A DNA stretch of 64,000 nt from an uncultured Methylocystaceae bacterium (GTDB lineage Bacteria > Pseudomonadota > Alphaproteobacteria > Rhizobiales > Beijerinckiaceae). Shown one piece after another: positions 59,102-64,000 of the stretch; position 1 is the first letter of the stretch; each line of letters begins with the position of its first letter. A program made the translations under genes and the position numbers. The stretch is from contig CAIQCB010000021.1 in NCBI GenBank assembly GCA_903870245.1, positions 38,088 through 102,087 on the forward strand. The letters are read 5' to 3'. The notes beneath the pieces are model-generated. The model was not told the origin of the DNA. It saw nothing but the letters and a program-made list of their open reading frames with translations, and searched no databases.

Positions 59102-59578
59102 ATGAGCAATCATCCTGTCACCATGATCCCGGCCTCCGCCGTTCGGCCGCGTGAGGCTCAGTCGGACGCCAGGGGGGGCGACCTCAAGGCGAAACTGCGC
59201 AACGCCGGTCTGCGTCCGACCGTCCAGCGGCTGTCGCTGAGCCGCTTGCTGTTTGGCAAGGGCGATCGCCATGTCAGCGCCGAGGCGCTACACGCGGAAG
59301 CGCGCGAGGCTGGCCTCTCCATGTCTTTGTCCACAGTCTACAATACCCTGAACCAATTCGCCGGCGCCGGCCTGTTGCGCGAAATCGCGGTTCAGGGCCC
59401 TCGCACCTATTTCCACACCCGCACCTCGCCGCATCACCACTTCATGGACGAGTCGACCGGCAGAATGTTTGACGCCGCCGACGGCTCGGTTGAGTTCTCA
59501 AGGCTTCCAGCTCCGCCGGAGGGGATGGAGATCGTCGGCTGCGATGTGATCATCCGCATCCGTCCCAAAAAGGGGTGA
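59102..59578 (+). CDS. irr: Fur-family iron response regulator Irr
   Basis: Start at MSNHPVTM. Motifs LRPTVQRLSLSRLLFGKGDRHVSAEAL, LSTVYNTLNQF, and the HHH motif (TSPHHHF) characteristic of Irr. It lacks the C-terminal CxxC pairs of classical Fur. Confidence 0.8.
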   Translation: MSNHPVTMIPASAVRPREAQSDARGGDLKAKLRNAGLRPTVQRLSLSRLLFGKGDRHVSAEALHAEAREAGLSMSLSTVYNTLNQFAGAGLLREIAVQGPRTYFHTRTSPHHHFMDESTGRMFDAADGSVEFSRLPAPPEGMEIVGCDVIIRIRPKKG

Positions 59579-59738
59579 TGGGGCTTCAGGTCGCTCTTCC
59601 CCTCGTCCGGAGAGTCGCGCTCAGTTACCTCGGGGTGAGTTTTATCTTTTCCCGTTGGAATCTTTCCCATTGGAATAAAGCCGCCTCGCCCAGCGAGGTC
59701 GGTTGAGAGATGACGGCGGGCAAGCGGACGTCGACCCC

Positions 59739-60104
59739 ATGTCGCAAAAATCCCGGCGCGTCCATGATCTCTGGCTCGCCTATGCCGCATTGGCGATGGT
59801 TGTCGCCCTTTTCGCATTAACTCATTACGTCAACCTTTATGACGACTACGATATCTCCCCGCGTCTGGACGCCGCCGGCGTTGCTTTGCGCCGGGCGATG
59901 AACGTCGTTTCCTTTCCGCTGGGTCAGATTTTTGGATTCGCCCTCGACGACGCGCTGGAGCGATCCTTCGCCTGCGATGGCGTCGCAACCCATCCCTGCG
60001 CCGTGTTCATCCACTGGTGGACGCATCTCGCCGCCATCGTTGCGCAAATTCTGCTGCTCTATTGGGGCATACGGCGCCTGACGAGCGCTCGGCGTCGGGA
60101 TTAG
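59739..60104 (+). CDS. Hypothetical membrane protein
   Basis: Start chosen at [27 protein letters not shown]. Two or three hydrophobic segments, and its stop overlaps the convergent galU stop. No family recognised. Confidence 0.4.
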   Translation: MSQKSRRVHDLWLAYAALAMVVALFALTHYVNLYDDYDISPRLDAAGVALRRAMNVVSFPLGQIFGFALDDALERSFACDGVATHPCAVFIHWWTHLAAIVAQILLLYWGIRRLTSARRRD

Positions 60105-60985
60105 CCCAGAAGCTTCGCCAACTCAGCGCGCAGCCCCTCCGCCACGTCCGGCCGGGCCAGGCCGAAGGCGACGTTGGCGGCGAGGAAGCCCAGCTTCGAG
60201 CCGGTGTCGTATGTTCGGCCATCGAAGCGAACGCCATGAAATGGACGCTGCTTCGCAAGATGGATCATCGCATCGGTGAGCTGAATTTCGCCGCCCGCGC
60301 CTTTCTCGCCCTTTTCGAGAAGCGCGAAAATCTGCGGTTCCAGAATATAACGGCCGGAGATAATGAAATTGCTTGGCGCAGTTCCCTGCGGCGGCTTTTC
60401 GATCATGCCGGTGATTTCGAAACTCTCGCCGAACTCCTTGCCTTTGGCGACGACGCCATATTGATGCGTCTCTTCCGGCTTCACTTCCTCGACGGCGATG
60501 ATGTTGCCGCCGTGTTTTTCGTAAGCCGCCACCGCCTGCGCCAGACAGCGTGCGGTCTTGCCCGGCGCCGGCAGGGTGATCATATCGGGCAGCAGCACGG
60601 CGAAAGGTTCGTCGCCAATCAATTCGCGCGCGCACCAGACCGCATGGCCAAGTCCGAGCGGAGCCTGCTGGCGGGTGAAGCTGACGGCGCCCGCCGCAGG
60701 CAGATCGGCCATCAGCGCGTCATATTCCCGGGTCTTGTTGCGACGTCGCAGCGTGTCCTCAAGTTCATAGGCCATGTCGAAATGGTCTTCGATCACCGCC
60801 TTGCCGCGTCCGGTGACGAACACGAAATGCTCAATCCCCGCCTCGCGCGCCTCGTCGACCACATGCTGAACGACGGGTCGATCGACGACCGTCAGCATCT
60901 CCTTGGGGATCGCCTTGGTGGCCGGCAGGAAGCGGGTGCCGAGGCCGGCGACAGGAAAAACGGCTTTGCGAATGCGTTGGGTCAT
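60101..60985 (-). CDS. galU: UTP--glucose-1-phosphate uridylyltransferase
   Basis: 294 aa. [29 protein letters not shown] and GRYIL motifs. Confidence 0.93.
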   Translation of the reverse strand: MTQRIRKAVFPVAGLGTRFLPATKAIPKEMLTVVDRPVVQHVVDEAREAGIEHFVFVTGRGKAVIEDHFDMAYELEDTLRRRNKTREYDALMADLPAAGAVSFTRQQAPLGLGHAVWCARELIGDEPFAVLLPDMITLPAPGKTARCLAQAVAAYEKHGGNIIAVEEVKPEETHQYGVVAKGKEFGESFEITGMIEKPPQGTAPSNFIISGRYILEPQIFALLEKGEKGAGGEIQLTDAMIHLAKQRPFHGVRFDGRTYDTGSKLGFLAANVAFGLARPDVAEGLRAELAKLLG

Positions 60986-61102
60986 GAGGCGTCCATAGTA
61001 TCGGAACGGGCCTCGACGGCCCGGCAGTTATTTGGGCTGTGAGGGGCGCTTACGCAACTGTTTTAACGCCGCCGTCCATGGCAAGCCTAAATGACGTCGG
61101 CG

Positions 61103-62599
61103 TCAGGCCTCAAGCCGTTCAAGAATGGTTCGCAACACTTTCAGGCGCGCGAATTTTTTGTCGTTCGCCTCAATCAGGGTCCAGGGCGCGAAGCGGGTGC
61201 TGGTGCGGTCGATCATCTCGGTCATCGCCGCCTCGTAGAGCGGCCATTTGTCACGATTGCGCCAATCCTCTGGAGTGATCTTGTGTCGTTTGATCGCCGA
61301 CGTCTCCCGAGCTTCGAAACGACGCAGTTGTTCGTCCGGCGAGATCGCCAGCCATAGTTTGACGACGCAATAATGGGCATCGACGAGTTGACGCTCGAAA
61401 TCGTTGATCTCCTGATAGGCGCGACGCCAGTCGTCCTCCGCGGCGAAACCCTCGACCCGCTCGACCAGCACGCGCCCATACCAGCTGCGGTCGAAGATCG
61501 TTATGTCGCCGCGCCGCGGAATGTTGCGCCAGAAGCGCCAGAGGTAGGGGCGGGCGCGCTCTTCGTCGGTCGGCGCGGCGACGCCATGAACGCGAAACCG
61601 TCGGGGATCGAGGGCGGCGCGCACGCGCCGGATGGCGCCGCCCTTGCCAGCGGCGTCATTGCCCTCGAACGCCAGCACCAGTCCGCGCACGCGAAACGCT
61701 TTCGACGTCGTCGCCTCGGTCAGACGGCGCTGCAAATCACTCAAGTCGCGCGCATAGTCGTCGGCGTCGGCTTTTCGGCTCAGGTCCAGCCCCGTCGCGA
61801 GGTTCACGGCGGGCGCGGCAGGGGACGCCGAGACAATTTCCGGCCGACCCGGCGACTCGGCCGCGCCAGTGTTGGCGCGGCGCAAGAGCTGCAATAACAG
61901 ATCGCCAATGGCGGCGTCGCGATAATGATGATCTTCGCCCGGCACGATCGACCATGGCGCGTCGCCGGTCGAGGTGATTTCGATCATCTCCAACGCGGCG
62001 GCGTTGAGCCGTTCGCGCTCCTTGCGACGATTGATCTCCGACCATTCGATCACCGCCGGTCGTCGCAGCGCGCCATTGCTCTCGCGCAGGCGGGCGAGCC
62101 GACGGCGGGCGAGGCGGTCGTCCATCGACAGCCAGATTTTCAGCAGGAAGACGCCCTCCTTGCGCAGCATCTCCTCGCTGCGGTTGATCTCCGCCAGCGC
62201 CAGGGCGAAAGCGGCGCGATCAAGCCGGCGTTGCGCCCTGCCCAGCAGCAGATGATGATGCCAGGAGCCCAGCACGACGCCGATGCGGCCTTTGGCCGGC
62301 ATGTCGCGCCAGTAGCGCCAGGCGCGTGGCCGGGCGCGCTCCTCGTCGGTCGGCGGCCCGTAGGTGAGAGTCTCCATGTAATGATCGTCGAGCCATTCGT
62401 AGAGACGGTCGACAACCTCGCCCTTGCCGGCGCCATCGGAGCCGTTGACCAGCACCAGCACGCTGGCGCTTTTGCGCTCGGCCAGTTCGAACTGCGCATC
62501 GAGCAGACGCTCGTGCAGGTTCTCCTCGAAAGCCGCGTAGTCCTGCGCGGTCATGACATGCGGCAGGCGGCTGGAGTCGAACATGAGTGCGCCCTTCAT
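61103..62599 (-). CDS. Two-domain polyphosphate kinase 2 family protein (polyphosphate:AMP phosphotransferase-like)
   Basis: 498 aa with two PPK2 modules. Each has a Walker-A-like motif (GSDGAGKGE / GNDAAGKGG) and the WRFWRxxP plus FDRSWY-type motifs. Confidence 0.88.
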   Translation of the reverse strand: MKGALMFDSSRLPHVMTAQDYAAFEENLHERLLDAQFELAERKSASVLVLVNGSDGAGKGEVVDRLYEWLDDHYMETLTYGPPTDEERARPRAWRYWRDMPAKGRIGVVLGSWHHHLLLGRAQRRLDRAAFALALAEINRSEEMLRKEGVFLLKIWLSMDDRLARRRLARLRESNGALRRPAVIEWSEINRRKERERLNAAALEMIEITSTGDAPWSIVPGEDHHYRDAAIGDLLLQLLRRANTGAAESPGRPEIVSASPAAPAVNLATGLDLSRKADADDYARDLSDLQRRLTEATTSKAFRVRGLVLAFEGNDAAGKGGAIRRVRAALDPRRFRVHGVAAPTDEERARPYLWRFWRNIPRRGDITIFDRSWYGRVLVERVEGFAAEDDWRRAYQEINDFERQLVDAHYCVVKLWLAISPDEQLRRFEARETSAIKRHKITPEDWRNRDKWPLYEAAMTEMIDRTSTRFAPWTLIEANDKKFARLKVLRTILERLEA

Positions 62600-62687
62600 C
62601 GGTTCGAGACGATTATGCCAGAAGCGGCGCGCCGGCCAAAACGCCGGCTTTTCAAAAACGCCGGCTGTGGTAGAGGTGGCGACGCGC

Positions 62688-62764
62688 GGTCCCGTAGCTC
62701 AGCAGGATAGAGCAGCGGTTTCCTAAACCGAAGGTCAGGGGTTCGAATCCCTTCGGGACCGCCA
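62688..62764 (+). tRNA. tRNA-Arg (anticodon CCU), CCA encoded
   Basis: Manual cloverleaf. Acceptor GGTCCCG/CGGGACC, D arm GCTC-AGCAGGATA-GAGC, anticodon stem-loop GCGGT-TTCCTAA-ACCGA (one G-A at the stem end), T arm AGGGG-TTCGAAT-CCCTT, discriminator G then CCA. Confidence 0.92.
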
Positions 62765-62819
62765 CTCAATATGCTGAATTTATTTGGCATTTCGTGATGG
62801 ACCTTTTCGTGGCCGGCAA

Positions 62820-62855
62820 GGTTTGACAGTTTTCCGATTACGGTTTGACAGTTTT
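62820..62855. repeat. 14-bp direct repeat GGTTTGACAGTTTT x2 (22-bp period) straddling the integrase stop codon
   Basis: Read directly: 62820-62833 is identical to 62842-62855. Confidence 0.8.
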
Positions 62856-63908
62856 TGTTCGCCTTTTGCTCAATTCATCGTCGAAGGATTTAACGACGCC
62901 CTGCATCTTTGGACGCAAGTCCGCGCCTTTCGCATAACGACGAGCCATCTCGATTGTTTTCTGTCCAAGAGCGTCGGCAATGGTGCGCTCATCGTGTCCA
63001 GCTTCGCGCAAGATAACTGCGACCGTGTGGCGCAATCCGTAAAGGGTAAGACCGGGCCCGATAGCACCAGCTTGTTCAAGATCATTCCGGAGTCGCGACC
63101 ATGAGGCGCGGAAGCCGTCCAGTGTCCACGGCCTGCCTCGTGATGATGCGCATAGAGTAAGTGCAGAATGATCCGGAGCGTTCGTCAATATTTCAACTAA
63201 CGGTGTCGGAACGGGCCAGAAAACCGGCTCACCTGTTTTTGACCTTTTCGTCGCAATCTCGCCGTTGCGATAATGATTCCTCTGCAAACACAAAGCATCT
63301 TTCGGCCCGAGACCCGTCATCATCATCAAGGCCAGCGCTGGGCGTATGTGCGCTGGCGCCGCGTCTAGAACGGCGTGACGTTCGGCGTCGGACCATGGCC
63401 GGTTTGCCTCTGGCAATCCTTTTGGGCGTCTAATGCTCTTGATGTTCGATGCCGGGTTGTTGGAAATAAATCCGCGTTCCGCGCCCCATGAAAAAATGAC
63501 GCTCATGGTGGCTTTAATGTAGTTTCCAAATCTTCGGCCATGCTTCTCTGCTGCGTGGTCCCTGATTCTCACAACTAAAGGGCGATCAATTTTCGCAAGT
63601 GGCGTGTCGTCTATTGGTTTCAAATAATTAAAATGAGACTGATAATCCCTTTGCGTTCGAGGGGATAAGTCAAGAAAAGCCGGAGACTTTCTGTATTCGC
63701 TTATCAACAGCCCAAGCGTTCCAGGCTTTTCTTTTGGAATTATCTTATTTGAAATAGCAGCAATGCGCTCGCACTCAGCGAAAAACTCCGCAGATCCAAT
63801 AGGAAATTTTGAAACATCAATCGGGGTTTGTGTCTTCCGATGATAAACCCGCAATTTCCCGTGACGGTCAGCGAATATCTGAAAGCCTTTAACCTTGACC
63901 CAAGTCAT
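62838..63908 (-). CDS. Tyrosine-type site-specific recombinase (phage integrase family)
   Basis: 356 aa. N-terminal arm/SAM-like domain. C-terminal catalytic residues sit in ...LALMMMTGLGPKDAL (Arg region absent by eye), HGLRHTVAVILREAG (H-x-x-R) and RRYAKG (Tyr). It is adjacent to a tRNA gene. Confidence 0.9.
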   Translation of the reverse strand: MTWVKVKGFQIFADRHGKLRVYHRKTQTPIDVSKFPIGSAEFFAECERIAAISNKIIPKEKPGTLGLLISEYRKSPAFLDLSPRTQRDYQSHFNYLKPIDDTPLAKIDRPLVVRIRDHAAEKHGRRFGNYIKATMSVIFSWGAERGFISNNPASNIKSIRRPKGLPEANRPWSDAERHAVLDAAPAHIRPALALMMMTGLGPKDALCLQRNHYRNGEIATKRSKTGEPVFWPVPTPLVEILTNAPDHSALTLCASSRGRPWTLDGFRASWSRLRNDLEQAGAIGPGLTLYGLRHTVAVILREAGHDERTIADALGQKTIEMARRYAKGADLRPKMQGVVKSFDDELSKRRTKTVKP

Positions 63909-64000
63909 TTGAGCCGCGCCACAATGTCATCGGCTTCGGTGGTGCTCCCATCTTTTATTCTATCAATCCAAGCGTCGAGGTCTTTTACATCATACCGGAT
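63905..64000 (-). CDS. C-terminal fragment of an excisionase/AlpA-like small DNA-binding protein (N-terminus outside the window)
   Basis: The minus strand reads ...IRYDVKDLDAWIDRIKDGSTTEADDIVARLK-stop, in frame to the window edge. Its stop overlaps the integrase ATG (ATGA). The R-x-x-x-x-DL-x-AW pattern is typical of excisionase-family HTH C-termini. Confidence 0.45.
   Translation of the reverse strand: MRYDVKDLDAWIDRIKDGSTTEADDIVARLK

Larger units (their letters stand above)
62765..64000. mobile_element. Left end of an integrated element (genomic island or prophage) inserted at tRNA-Arg; it continues beyond the window
   Basis: The integrase gene ends 74 bp after the tRNA 3' end. Base composition is visibly more AT-rich from about 62765 onward. 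An excisionase-like ORF overlaps the integrase start. Confidence 0.6.

Noticed and set aside
62637-62670. The direct repeat AAAACGCCGGCT x2 just upstream of tRNA-Arg as an att site or promoter element.
   Set aside because: It is short and GC-palindrome-rich, lies on the core side of the tRNA, and has no counterpart near the integrase. It is probably chance or part of the ppk2 upstream region.

Overview
This is a high-GC alphaproteobacterial chromosome segment, Hyphomicrobiales-like by gene content and protein sequences; the organism was not identified. It is mostly core housekeeping: zapA, gap-pgk, mutL, msrBA, metXW, ppa, fabI, lspA, groESL with a CIRCE operator, pntAA-pntAB-pntB, ppsA, leuA, irr, galU and ppk2.

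Three parts stand out.
1. A roughly 8-kb TonB-dependent uptake locus (36133-44399) is built as two divergent operons. Each is led by a small exported CxxC protein resembling DUF2946. One operon carries a 924-aa TonB-dependent receptor. The other carries exbB-exbD-tonB, a free-standing secreted TonB-C-like domain, a Cys-motif BNR beta-propeller protein and a TlpA-like thioredoxin. I read this as a candidate thiophilic-metal (copper?) acquisition and redox-handling system with no described equivalent that I recognise.
2. A 666-aa orphan protein (10304-12304) ends in a MinD-like amphipathic membrane-targeting tail. It appears co-transcribed with a di-haem cytochrome c peroxidase, next to exported MsrB and MsrA.
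3. A tRNA-Arg(CCU)/tyrosine-integrase junction lies at the right edge (62688-64000). It marks the start of an integrated element whose cargo is outside the window.

Other unexplained structure includes a 6.7-copy 19-bp tandem array (4021-4149), a 19-bp direct repeat pair upstream of a small secreted ORF, and a perfect TTGAT-N4-ATCAA box in an AT-rich 700-bp gap. There is also a roughly 1-kb non-coding gap upstream of leuA. No CRISPR array, rRNA or clear riboswitch was seen. All calls come from reading the translations and sequence by eye; no database search was run.
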